From Octopus sinensis (lineage: Eukaryota): 64,000 nucleotides of DNA. The stretch covers positions 39,618,001-39,682,000 of the forward strand of contig NC_043006.1 in NCBI RefSeq assembly GCF_006345805.1, in the 5' to 3' direction. The position numbers and the translations under genes were made by a program. The notes beneath the pieces were generated by a model, which had not been told where the DNA came from, made no database searches, and worked only from the letters and a program-made list of their open reading frames with translations. Below are positions 52,290 through 63,720 of this stretch, piece by piece (position 1 is the first letter of the stretch; every line of letters begins with the position of its first letter).

Positions 52290-55200
52290 CATGCAATAAA
52301 ACAGGGGAAAGAGATATCTGGTACTGCTACAATTGTCTCATAAAAAGAATTTAGTGTGACTCATATATATATAATGCTGGTCCAGTCTTTTCAGGAAGAC
52401 ACAAAAACAACAACAACAAAAGTGGAAACTACAACCCTATCCAACAGTGCAATCACACCTCCAGCCAAAAACTGCTCCCTAAGCAGGAAAATTTTTTTAG
52501 CCATGTTGAACATGGCAAAAGAGATACACAAAAACATTCTAGCCATCACTCAACACCATCCTATGCTATTACCCCAGTGACCAATTCCCCACATTGCTGC
52601 CACTAACACACACAAAAAACCAAGCCCCCTGCAACAGTCAAAACCAGCCACTACACTAACCTCCACATTCCTACTCAATGCACAAGGTGTCAGCCCTTCC
52701 ATCAATGCACAAAAATGGAAGGTCCAATTCATTGAAGACTGGGTTGGTAACCATTCACACCACATCCCTTTCTTCATTCTCACTGAGACCCACCTTGACA
52801 ACTCCCACTTGGAAGCCGAAGTGAGAGTGAAGAATTTCACAACCATCCGCGCGGATCGTATCGGCAGGAGGAAGGGTGGAACTGCCATTTTCCTGCATGA
52901 TTCATTTACGGCAGATGGAAATAGTATATTCTCCAATGGCTACTGTGAATCAGTCACCGTGCACAACAAAGCCAATGACCTGACAGTAATTGGGCTCTAT
53001 AGGCCGCCCCAAACACCCATACTGGGCTTTAAAGAATGCCTCAACAGCATTAAGTGCTTTATTCAACAGTGCCATTCTAGCAACATACTCATGATGGGAG
53101 ACTTCAATCTACCCTGTGTTGACTGGACTACAAACTGTTTGAAACCAAGCACTCCCGCCTCAACCGCTGACAAAGAAGCAGCAGAGTCACTTTTCGACTT
53201 TACGAATGAGTTTTCTTGTCCCAACTTGTCCTTGCACCAACAAGACATCAGAACATTTTGGACCTAGTGTTTAGTAACCACACTAACACTATACATAACG
53301 TTACAGTGGAAAAAACCCTTCTTTCAGACCATGACATGGTTCTCTGTAACATGAAATTCCACCAGCCGAAAGCTAATCCTAGTGACCTTCCTCCAGCCCA
53401 CCCATTTGACAACATGGATCTCCATAAAGCCAACTGGGATGCAATCAGGAACGAGCTATCAAATGTTGACTGGTCCTTTACACATACACACATCTCCACC
53501 AACCATAAAACATCTTGGCAGATCTTTGTAGACCACCGTCACAGACATATGTGCAAAACACTCCCCACCAAGACCTGTGAACAAAAAGTGCAGAATCCCC
53601 CAAAACAGAAAAACCATTATCAGAAAAATAAAAAGAACAAACAAAAAATTAACAAACTAAAGTACTGCCAACAGCAACACACACATTCGACGGCTATCGC
53701 ACTGCTTGAATCCAAAAAATATAACCTCCAACAATGCATGAAGACCCTCATCAATAACCAAAGATCAGCTGAGGAGAAGTGGGCCATTGAAAAATCAAAC
53801 TCAACCCCAAAGTGTTCTTTTCATTTGCGAGGAAACGCAGGGTCACTGTCTCCACTGTAGGCCCTCTAATTGACGAAACTGGCACTCTCCAAGATAATGC
53901 CAAATCCATGGCCGAGATACTGCAGAAACAATACTGCTCTGTTTTCAGCAATCCTGATATGGCCGATCTGGGCTGTATCAGTGATGTCAACCCCCAACAC
54001 ACTATATCGGACATAACGTTTAGTGCCCCTGATGTCTTAGCGGCGATAAACGAAATAAAACACAATTCAGCAGTAGGCCCCGATAGGTTCCCTGCTTGTG
54101 TCCTGAAGGTGTGTCGACACCAACTTGCATCTCCCCTTGCTAATCTGTGGAGAAACTCACTGGATGCTGGCTATATTCCAAAAAACCTTCTGTCCCAGTC
54201 TGTTGTCCCAGTTTTCAAAAAGGGAAACAAGTCCCTTGCAGTGAATACCGTCCGATCTCACTCACCTCTCATATCATCAAGGTATTTGAGAGGGTGGTGA
54301 GATCTCGAATAACCCAATTTCTGGAAAGCAACAGACGGCTGATCTCCAACCAACATGGGTTCCGTAATGGAAGGGACTGCCTAACGCAGCTCCTGCATCA
54401 CTTTGAGGACATTTTGAGAGCTTTGGGAGAGGGCTCCAACACCGATGTCATCTACCTTGATTTCAGTAAGGCCTTCGACAGGGTCGATCACAAGATCCTA
54501 TTGAAAAAACTATCCAACATTGGTGTCTCTGGAAAGTTACTGAAATGGATTAAGTGTTTCCTGACAGACAGATCTCAACATGTTGTAGTTGAAGGGGTAA
54601 AATCAAGCCCAGCCAAAGTCAGTAGTGGCGTTCCGCAAGGCACTGTGCTGGGCCCACTTCTTTTCATCATTACATTAATGACATTAATGACATCATCAAG
54701 CACAGCAACATAAAAACCTTTGCAGATGACTCCAAGCTACAGAAGGTCATAAATGAGGCGAGTGACCGGACATGCCTTCAGTCAGATCTACTGGCTGTTA
54801 TCCAATGGGCAGAAAAAACAATATGCTGCTGAACGAGGATAAATTTGAGCTAATCCACTTTGGAAAAGAGGATGCCCTGAAACTCCCATACTCCCTTCCT
54901 TCAGGTGAAATCTCGCGGCGTCCAACAACATCAGAGACTTGGGAGTAATTGTGGACAACAACGTAAGCTGGGCCACTCATATAAACACCAAAGTTGACAT
55001 GGCCCGCAGAATGTGTTCCTGGATTCTCAGAACTTTCCAGTCGAGAGATATCCACACCATTATCCTTCTCTTCTCCACTTTTGCCCGACCCCACCTTGAA
55101 TACTGTTGTCCACTGTGGTCTCCCCACACAATACAAGGTATCATAAAAGTTGAAGCACCTCAAAGGGCAATCACAAAAAAGATAGATGGCATGACAGGCC

Positions 55201-55680
55201 TCGACTATGGGGTCGGCTAGAAAAGCTAAAACTCTATTCTCTCCAACGTCGTCGTGAGCGCTACATCATCTGCATGATGTGGAAAATATTCCATCAGCAT
55301 TGTCCAAATGATGTTGGCATCACCTTTAAGGTACATCCAAGGCTTGGGCCCCATGCCATCCGCCCAAAACAAAATCGCACTCTCATCTCATAACAACAAT
55401 ACGGCACAATTATTTCACCTCAATTGGCCCCGCTCTCTTTAACATTACCACCAAAACAGAAACTGACCCTATAGGGTTCAAGAAGTCTTTGGACAGATTC
55501 CTTCAAGAAATCCCGGATAAACCCCCTACACCCGGAATGTCTCTGTAAACAATAACTCTCTACTTGAGTGGGCATAGTGCCCAAATTCTGACTTGAAAGA
55601 CTTCACCAGGTGGTGCTATTAAGTTAGACATGGCCTGGGCCAATAATGGCCGAACCTATCAAAGTATCAAAGTATCAAAG

Positions 55681-55684
<4 letters not shown>
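52290..55684 (+). mobile_element. Nearly full-length CR1-group LINE
   Basis: Possible ORF1 remnant (WYCYNC), APE plus RT ORF2, 3' UTR and tail (aagtatca)x3 running into (TA)n. Confidence 0.92.
52668..55578 (+). pseudogene. LINE ORF2 (APE endonuclease plus reverse transcriptase), frameshifted
   Basis: LNAQG, ILTETH, LYRPP, MGDFNLP, NILDLVF; YLDFSKAFDRVDH, SGVPQGTVLGPLLF, FADD, RPHLEYCCPLWSP. Confidence 0.95.
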
Positions 55685-55716
<32 letters not shown>

Positions 55717-55809
55717 TATATAATATATATAAATACATATATATATATATATATGCCTTTATGATTTTGTATTGCAACATTCCTAATGTCATGTGGAATC
55801 GTGTGTTTT

Positions 55810-56190
55810 ATGTCTCAGGAAAGTCATTTTCTTTTTCTTGCCAAATAAACACATGCACTATACATCCGCTTTTCACGCGTTTATTATTGTTCTCTTTTTA
55901 TGTCCATTGCCTGGAAATTTGTCGACACACATCTGTGACCTGTTCAGCGACCTTTCTGTCCCAGGTGCATCATCCTGTTCAGTCTTTCTAAAGAAAGATA
56001 AAGATAGAATGGACTACACAGAACAGGAAGGTACACATGTGATAGAAGACTCGCTGAAGAGGTCACAGATGTGTGACGAAAAATTTGCAGATATAAGATA
56101 AAATAAGAAGGAAAATAAAATAGGAGGAACGAATGTATTATGCATGTATTTATCTGTAAGAAACAGAAAATGATTATCCCGAAATATAAC
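55810..56190. repeat. Diverged inverted repeat (about 180 bp arms), each arm with a degenerate hammerhead-like motif
   Basis: Opposite-strand translations share QINTC.IH and RHTSVT.SA. Motifs at 55911-55950 (minus) and 56051-56090 (plus). Confidence 0.7.
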
Positions 56191-56339
56191 AATATATAGC
56201 TATATCAATATCTATAACCATATACACACATACATACATACGCACACACACACACACACGCATACATTAGGAGACATAAGTATAAACGCATGTTCTTATT
56301 ATAATTCCTACGCACTTTTCAACGATGCGGTTGTTTGGA

Positions 56340-56953
56340 ACTAGGTAATAGGGTTCAGAAGTGCATTTAGATGCTCACCGACAACGTCCCTGGAAGATGA
56401 TGAGTGATCTGGGAGATCTGCCACGAATGCCAACCCCGGGAATTTGGTATTGCGCATCGAGAGTTCGCTCCCCAGTGCCAGAGCATCAATTGGGAGTTCT
56501 AAGGCGACGTTTTGAAGCGTTTGAGGGAGAATATTCAGTGAAAGCGACCGAATCTGCGGGGCGCGAAGAATTGGACTCTTTACGATTCCGATGCACCCGG
56601 TCACCGATTTCTCCTCATTCGCGAGTCTTTCGCCAAAGACAACATATCGCACCTGTATCATCGCATTCGCCAGATTTAGTACAAGTAGATTTCCTTCTCT
56701 TCCCCAAGATGAAAAAGCAGTTCAAAGGTCACCATTTTAACATTTTTGTTGAGATCCACAGTGAATCACAGAATGTCATCGACTTGCTTAAGGGAAACGA
56801 ATTTCTGACCGGATTCTAACAGCGTCAGGAAAGCTGGGACTGGTGTAATACTACGCAAGGTGATTATTTCGAAGGAGATTATGTTAAAATGTTGGTAAAT
56901 AAGTTATCTTTTATTAAACGTAACTTGTCCAGAAACCTTTTGATACTAGCTCG
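56340..56953 (+). mobile_element. Decayed, internally deleted mariner 3' part
   Basis: EDDE*SGR joined to GIAHREFAPQ..., HSPDLVQVDFLLFPKMKKQFKG, QGDYFEGD. Terminal ...ccttttgatactagctcg followed by TA. Confidence 0.8.
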
Positions 56954-56954
56954 T

Positions 56955-57200
56955 ATATATGTGTGTGTATGTATGTATGTATGTATGTATGTATGTATGT
57001 ATGTATATATGTATGTATGTACGTATGTATGTATGTATGTATGTATGTATGTATGTATGTATGTATGTATGTATGTATGTATGAATGTATGTATGTATGT
57101 ATGTATGTATGTATGTATGTGTGTATGTATGTATGTATGTATGTATGTATGTATGTGTGTATGTGTGTGTATTATGTGTGCATGTGTATGTGTGTGTTTA
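56955..57200. repeat. (TATG)n microsatellite
   Basis: Direct reading of the sequence. Confidence 0.95.
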
Positions 57201-57448
57201 ATAAATCACTGGTTTCGATCCAACGAAACAAGTCTTTTCTCAGGTTTACCAATATCTTATAAATGAAATTTGAGAGACAAAATTTGTTTCTGTCTTTTAT
57301 GAACATCTATATATGTGTGTGTGTCTGTGTGTGTGTGTGTATAAATATATATATATATGTATATACATATATGTATAGGTATCTTTATGTATACATGTAT
57401 TCATATCTATATATCTATATGTCTGCGTACATATATATGTGTACACAC

Positions 57449-57485
<37 letters not shown>

Positions 57486-57821
57486 GTGTGTGTGTGTGTG
57501 TGTGTATGTATGTTTGTTTGTATGTATATATGTGTGTATGTATGTGTTTATGAATGACTGTATGCATGTGTATATTTGGAAATACGCAGCTCAATCTATA
57601 ATTGTATTTTATCATATATGAATTTATATATTATCCAATGTATGAATGTATAATGTCATAGATACGTGTATTCACATTAGTCATGTGCGTGTATATAGCT
57701 GTAGATATATACACGCATAAACACCCACACATGAACTGTATATATTCGTATACAACTAAGTACGTGTTCCCTCGTATATACAAATATATAAATACATATA
57801 TATACACACATACTTATGTAA

Positions 57822-57879
<58 letters not shown>

Positions 57880-58116
57880 TATATATACTCATATGTATAT
57901 GTGTGTGTGTGTGTGATTGTATTGTTTGTTTACGTGTGTGTGTGTACAGCGGCATATATATATATATATTTATGTATGTACTATTGTTATCATTCCTACC
58001 CGCAAAATAACTAAATTAAGTTTCGTTTACAGACATTGATACACACGTGCTTGGACATACGCACACCCAGACATACGTAGGAAGAGAAACATAGAGAAAG
58101 AGGTTCACAAACACTC

Positions 58117-58123
<7 letters not shown>

Positions 58124-58195
<72 letters not shown>
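58124..58195. repeat. Pure (TG)n tract (Z-DNA-prone)
   Basis: Uninterrupted alternating TG. Confidence 0.95.
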
Positions 58196-58757
58196 TATGT
58201 GTGTCTAGGAGTGCGTATCAGTATGTATGTATCGATTTAGAAGCGTATCTCTTTGCAAGGCTTAAGCGAGGATGGCAATAAAATGTATTAATTTATCGAT
58301 ATCTTTACGGCTATCTTTCTCAGTTTATGCATATAATCGTACATCTGTCTTTTTCTCCGACTTCGTTAGAGTTTCTGATTCAATGTGTGTATGTGTGCTT
58401 GTGTGTGTTTGTGTGTGTGTGTGTGTGAAATTGAGAAAGCTTGGCAGAGGAAAGGCGGAGTACTTGCGTTGGGGTATGTAGTTGTGTGTATGCAAGAGCG
58501 TATATGAAATTGTTTCTATACATGTTTCGTTTGCGCTTGTGCGTTTATTCAATGTAATTATATGTGCGCGCGTCTCTCTAGCAATAAATATATCGACAAA
58601 ATTTTTTTTTTATTGCTACCTACATTCATATTGTATCTAGGATTTATATTATATTAGATTCTATATAAGCGTGTATGTGTGTGTGTGTGTGTGCGTGTGA
58701 ATTAATGTACATATAGACTTTATGCGAGTGAATATGTGAATGTGTTTGTATGCGAAT

Positions 58758-58809
<52 letters not shown>

Positions 58810-59667
58810 AGTTGTACGCATGTATGTATATATGTACGTATGAAAACATACACACTCTGTATATACAGTGATATATTTCCATATACATATATCACGTATA
58901 TTTATTTATATGTATACAGCAAAATACTTTTCTTTCGACGATTAAAAGTATACAGAAATGAATTTGAAAACGCACATGTCGGTTTTAAGAAAATTCATAT
59001 ACATTAAAAAAATAAAACCGGTTTCTTAATTTCATGATTTTCAAATGAATTGTGTATAGATGGGGTATATGTTTCAGTCCGAGAAAAATAGACCACAGCT
59101 CAGAATATCTCTGTCTCACACTCCACTTAAAAATCATGAAATTCATATATAAGCACTTAGGTAAAGATAAGTAAATCTACTTAAAGACACCAAGTGCGTT
59201 TTCAACTTCCTTCCCTCTCCTGTTTCTCTCTTCTTCTGTCATTCTGTCTGTATGTATTTGTAGCTATATATGCGTGTACATACAAGTGTGTATGTATTTT
59301 ATTGATATGCAGCATAATTTATCCACGCTAGATATTTATGACTTTAATACGCTGGCATTCGGCAAATATTCCGCAAATACTCCATCATGTTTATACACTT
59401 CGAGCTAGCTAACACCACTCTGCTCATGTTCACCTAGTATTTGAGCTGTACTGATTAACTTATATATACACAGATTTAATACGGATCACAGTTACAACAG
59501 CATATACATATACACACATAGAAACAAACATGGAACACGTTATACAGAAATACACACAAAAACAAATACTTTATACACAAATGGATTATTGAAAGACCAT
59601 AAACACAGAGTATGTACCGCCATTTAATTTCTAACACTTCATACCTCTGCAATATATCAATCAATCT

Positions 59668-59880
59668 GAAGGCGGCAAGCTGACAGAATCGTTAGCACGC
59701 TGGGCCAAATTGCTTAGCTGCATTTCCTCTATCATTACGTTCTAAGTTTAAACTCTGCAGAGGTTGACTTTGCCTTCTATCCTTTCAATGTCGATAAAAT
59801 AAGCACCAGTTAAGCTCTGGGGTCGATATAATTGACTTACTCCCACCCCTGAAGTTGCTCGCCTTGTACTAAAAACTGAA
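59668..59880 (+). mobile_element. SINE family B-like, decayed
   Basis: aaggcggcaagctgacagaatcgttagcacgc...gactttgccttctatcctttcaatgtcgataaaataagcaccag. Confidence 0.75.
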
Positions 59881-59882
59881 GG

Positions 59883-60185
59883 TGGAGGTACGTGGCCTAG
59901 CGGTTAGAGAAGCGGACTCGCGGTCGAGGGATCGCGGGTTCGAATCGCAGACCGGGCGATGTGTGTGTTTATGAGCGAAAACACCTAAGCTCCACGCGGC
60001 TCCGGCAGAAGGTAATGGCGAACTTCTGCTGACTCTTTCGCCACAACTTTCTCTCACTCTTTCCTCCTGCATCTTGCGGCTTACCTGCGACGGATTGGCG
60101 TCCCGTCCAGGTGGGGAGCCTATACGCCAAGAAACCGAGAAACCGGCCCTTATGAGCCAGGCATGGCTCGAGAAGGAGAAGGGAC
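59883..60185 (+). mobile_element. Family C tRNA head joined to a V/Meta-domain-like body
   Basis: A-box tggcctagcgg, B-box ggttcgaatc, tRNA-Arg(TCG)-like head. Body cctgcgacggattggcgtcccgtccagg resembles the conserved V/Meta SINE core (recalled). Confidence 0.7.
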
Positions 60186-60239
60186 AAAACCTGAAGCCAA
60201 TATTTTATCGCTCCATTGTCAAAAGATATACACTGGTCT

Positions 60240-60440
60240 CAAATTTTCACACAAAGTCAGCAATTTTGGATTGCGGAAAAGTCGACTACATCGACCCTAG
60301 TGTTCAACTGGTACCTGTTCCATCGAGCCTAGAAAGGGTGAAAGAAAAGGTCAACCTTGGCCAAATTTGAACTCAGACGATCGAAATGCCGCTAAGCATT
60401 TTGCCTGGCATTGCTAAGGATCCAGCAGCTTGGCGCCTTC
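60240..60440 (-). mobile_element. SINE family B-like, decayed
   Basis: gtcgactacatcgaccctagtgttcaactggtac...aaggtcaaccttggccaaatttgaactcag. Confidence 0.7.
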
Positions 60441-60457
60441 AAAACCAAGTATTTTTT

Positions 60458-60684
60458 TATTCTTTTATTCTTTCATTTGTTTCAATCATTTGACTGCGGC
60501 TATGCTGGAGCACTACCTTTCGTCGAACAAATCGACCCCAGTCCTTATTCTTTGTGAGCCTAGTACTTATTCTATCGTTCTCTTAGGCCGAACCGCTAAG
60601 TATGTGGACGTAAACACATCAACATCGGCTGTCGTGCGATGGGGGACAAACATAGGAACTCAAACACATACATACATACATACA

Positions 60685-60717
<33 letters not shown>

Positions 60718-60887
60718 GTATATAAGACGCGCCTATTTCAGTTTCCGTCTACCAAATCCACTCACAAGGTTTTGGTCGGCCCGAGGTTATACTAGAAGAC
60801 ACTCGCCCAATGCGCATCGGAGTAGGCCAGAACCCGAAACTATGTGGTTTGTAACCAAGCTACTTACCACACAGCCATTCCTGCGCC
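60458..60887 (-). mobile_element. SINE family A, full length, with internal (CATA)n
   Basis: Reverse complement of the 22510-22936 element. Confidence 0.88.
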
Positions 60888-61269
60888 TATATATACGAGC
60901 TGTAGACTCGTATATATTACCCACTGGTCGGTGGATAATTAGCATTCTTTTTATTTAGCGAGTTACTTTTCAATAAAGATTATGCTTCCGTGTATGAGGA
61001 TGTATGCAAATGTATGTGTCGAAGTGTATATATTTGTGCACATACGTGTGGCGTATGGCTGACCACGTATGTGTGCCTATACATGTGTCTATGTATTTGT
61101 AAGTATGTGTATATACATGCACGAGCATGTATATAAATGTGTGTGTATATGTGTGTGTGTGTGTGTGACTGCGCATGACTTACTTGTAATTCTGTGCCGG
61201 TCCAGTGGGTAATACATATGAACCTACAGCTCGGGAATATCCTTTGATGCTTTATGTATGTATGTATAT

Positions 61270-61312
<43 letters not shown>

Positions 61313-61362
61313 CAAACAAGTCAAGATAGAAAATGCTAAAATAATTTTATAAAGAACATTTA

Positions 61363-61406
61363 TTTCAGTACCGGTTTCAGTCATTTAGAGACCTTTTCAA
61401 CTGTAA
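61363..61406 (-). ncRNA. Minimal hammerhead motif with U3-A8 core variant
   Basis: Minus ttacag TTGAAAA ggtc tctaaat gact GAAA ccgg TA ctgaaa. Stem III is the palindrome ACCGGT and the cleavage triplet is GUA. Confidence 0.65.
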
Positions 61407-61528
61407 CGATTAAATAATTAAATTTAGAAAAATTAAAAGAAATGATTTTTTTAAAGAATATTTGTATAGTGTTCAAATATAAGTGGCATTTTCCTTGTTT
61501 CTGCCTTTCTCTGTCTCTCTTGTTTACA

Positions 61529-61567
<39 letters not shown>

Positions 61568-61620
61568 AGATGTACTCGCATAGCAAGTAATTTGATCTGA
61601 GATCGTGTGCTGAAACGAAA

Positions 61621-61808
61621 ACAATTGCAGCGTGGAAGGAGTTTATAAGCCATTTAAGAAACACACAAAAGCCGTTCGATTCACTTCAACATTTAAGTTT
61701 AATTTGTCAAAATATTTTCGTCGCTAAAATCCGCGACCTGTTCACTGACAAAGTCCGTGCTGCTTTTGTGTGTTTCTTAAATGGCTTATAAACACCTTCC
61801 ACGCTGCA

Positions 61809-61813
<5 letters not shown>
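61621..61813. repeat. 52 bp near-perfect inverted repeat enclosing a hammerhead motif
   Basis: 61621-61672 versus 61762-61813, one mismatch. Confidence 0.92.
61703..61752 (-). ncRNA. Minimal hammerhead motif with G3-C8 core variant
   Basis: Minus tttgtca GTGAACA g gtcgc ggatttta gcgac GAAA atat TT tgacaaa. Stem I is 7 bp, stem II is 5 bp, and stem III is the palindrome AATATT. Confidence 0.7.
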
Positions 61814-61844
<31 letters not shown>

Positions 61845-63629
61845 GTGTACATTTAAACACGAAAGCGGCCACCACAAAGCAAATCTCTTAACAACCCCCT
61901 ATCTTCTTCCCACTCCAATTTATGATATCTCTATCTAATGGCAGCCAAGGAGGCCTTTTGGATCTGCTCGTTTTGAAGTCCATATTTTAGACTTTACCTT
62001 TTATGAGCCCACATGGTATTACATTCAAAGCGCTCTGTTACCTGAACAGTCAATTCTTGCTAAGTCATACAATGCCGCAAGATAACGACAACATTACATT
62101 GTTTGTGAAATACAACGTGGAAGACTAATGCATTCTTCAAGTCCACCTGAGGCCTACTAAAAATAATCTCTACCATCTTTGATTTGGTCACAGTGAAAAT
62201 ACCTTTGGTCATACGCCACTTAATAGGGTCCGACCTTGAATGATCAGCAACAAAAGGGAGTTAGAAAAGGTCAACAAAATCAATCAAGCAAACAACAGCT
62301 TCCATATGATACAAGCTGCTATTACAAATGAATTGGAACTACGAGTAATCGAAATGGTTTGAACTTTCGTAATTTGTATAAATACACCTACACACAAAGC
62401 AACGCACAAATACAGAAGCAGACAAACATTGTGTTCTGCTGCGAGTATTGCCTCTAAAATAATCGTCTATAATTGGAAGGAATTTCTGTTGAGTATAGAT
62501 GTATTGTTTATAAACGTTAATCTTTCTAGTTTTGTCTTGTGATATGCGATGTTGTGGATTGCAATTAATGGACCTTGTCAGTGTATGATGCTCTGGCGGG
62601 AGAATGCTGTACTTTTACCGCCAATATAACAATTGCAATCGTAATTCTGAAAGTTGTGACTTTCAGACTTGCAATCAAATCCATAAATAACATTGTTCAT
62701 TAATAATACGATCCTGTGTTTACACGATTTTACTTCGTCATTAAGAAAGACGGTTTTAATTTTAGACTTTTGTTTCAATATATTATTGGTGATAATTTAT
62801 GGTATTGTATAATGGATTTTATGTTCAAATTTATGAGCTTATAGATAAGGTGTTCATCTATTCTATAGCTGCATGTATTTGATTTAAATGTGTTTTATGT
62901 ACTTTAAATAGTTGTTGCTAATATATTTCTTGTGTTATAATTGTTCGTGTAGCATCTTATAGTTTCATTACCCGCCGTTGATCAATTAAATCTTAAATAT
63001 AGTTATTAAAATTTTCTTATCCGTGACAAGCCACAAGCATGTAAATCCACGAACTAATTACTAATGATCGATATGATTTATGTATTGATCTTAAACGTGA
63101 AAGTAGTAAATTTACAAGTCTTACTTATGCAGGACATACAAGTACCATAGTCGTCGCCGTCCCTCTATGCATTTACAACACACAGCGGTTGTAATGCACT
63201 ACAGCGTACAATGCGAAATGAAACTAAAGAGCAACATATAAATAGGTAACACACTTATATTTTCAGAATATTCCAGAAAGGATGAAAGCAATATACACAC
63301 TAAAACACAACAATGTTAAAATACATATTCAAACAATAAACCCTGGACACACACTGAAACACATGACTGATGACGTATGAGTCTTATCGAATATAAAATT
63401 TAGACTGTAAAACTTACACCAATCATATTGGCATCGCCTACTATATAGATGTGTGTGTGTGTGCGTGTGTACGTATGGGGGTGTGCGCGCGTGTGTGCGT
63501 TTGTGTGTGTGTTTGCGTACGTGAGCAGAGTTGATGTTTTAACCTACAATAAAATAAACTGAAGAGTAGTTACAGCACAATTCTATATGTATATATGTGT
63601 GTGTATACATACATACATACATATATATG

Positions 63630-63719
<90 letters not shown>

Positions 63720-63720
<1 letters not shown>

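Noticed and set aside
58995-59052. Minus TTGAAAA...GAAACCGGTT, U3-A8-like
   Set aside because: No stem I or stem II complementarity; expected by chance in AT-rich DNA.
59883-59960. tRNA-Arg-like sequence as a true tRNA gene
   Set aside because: Acceptor and anticodon stems are not properly paired and it continues into SINE body; the same holds for the other SINE heads.
63362-63400. CTGATGAcgtatgagtcttatcGAAT
   Set aside because: GAAA is broken, stems I and III are absent, and stem II is poor.
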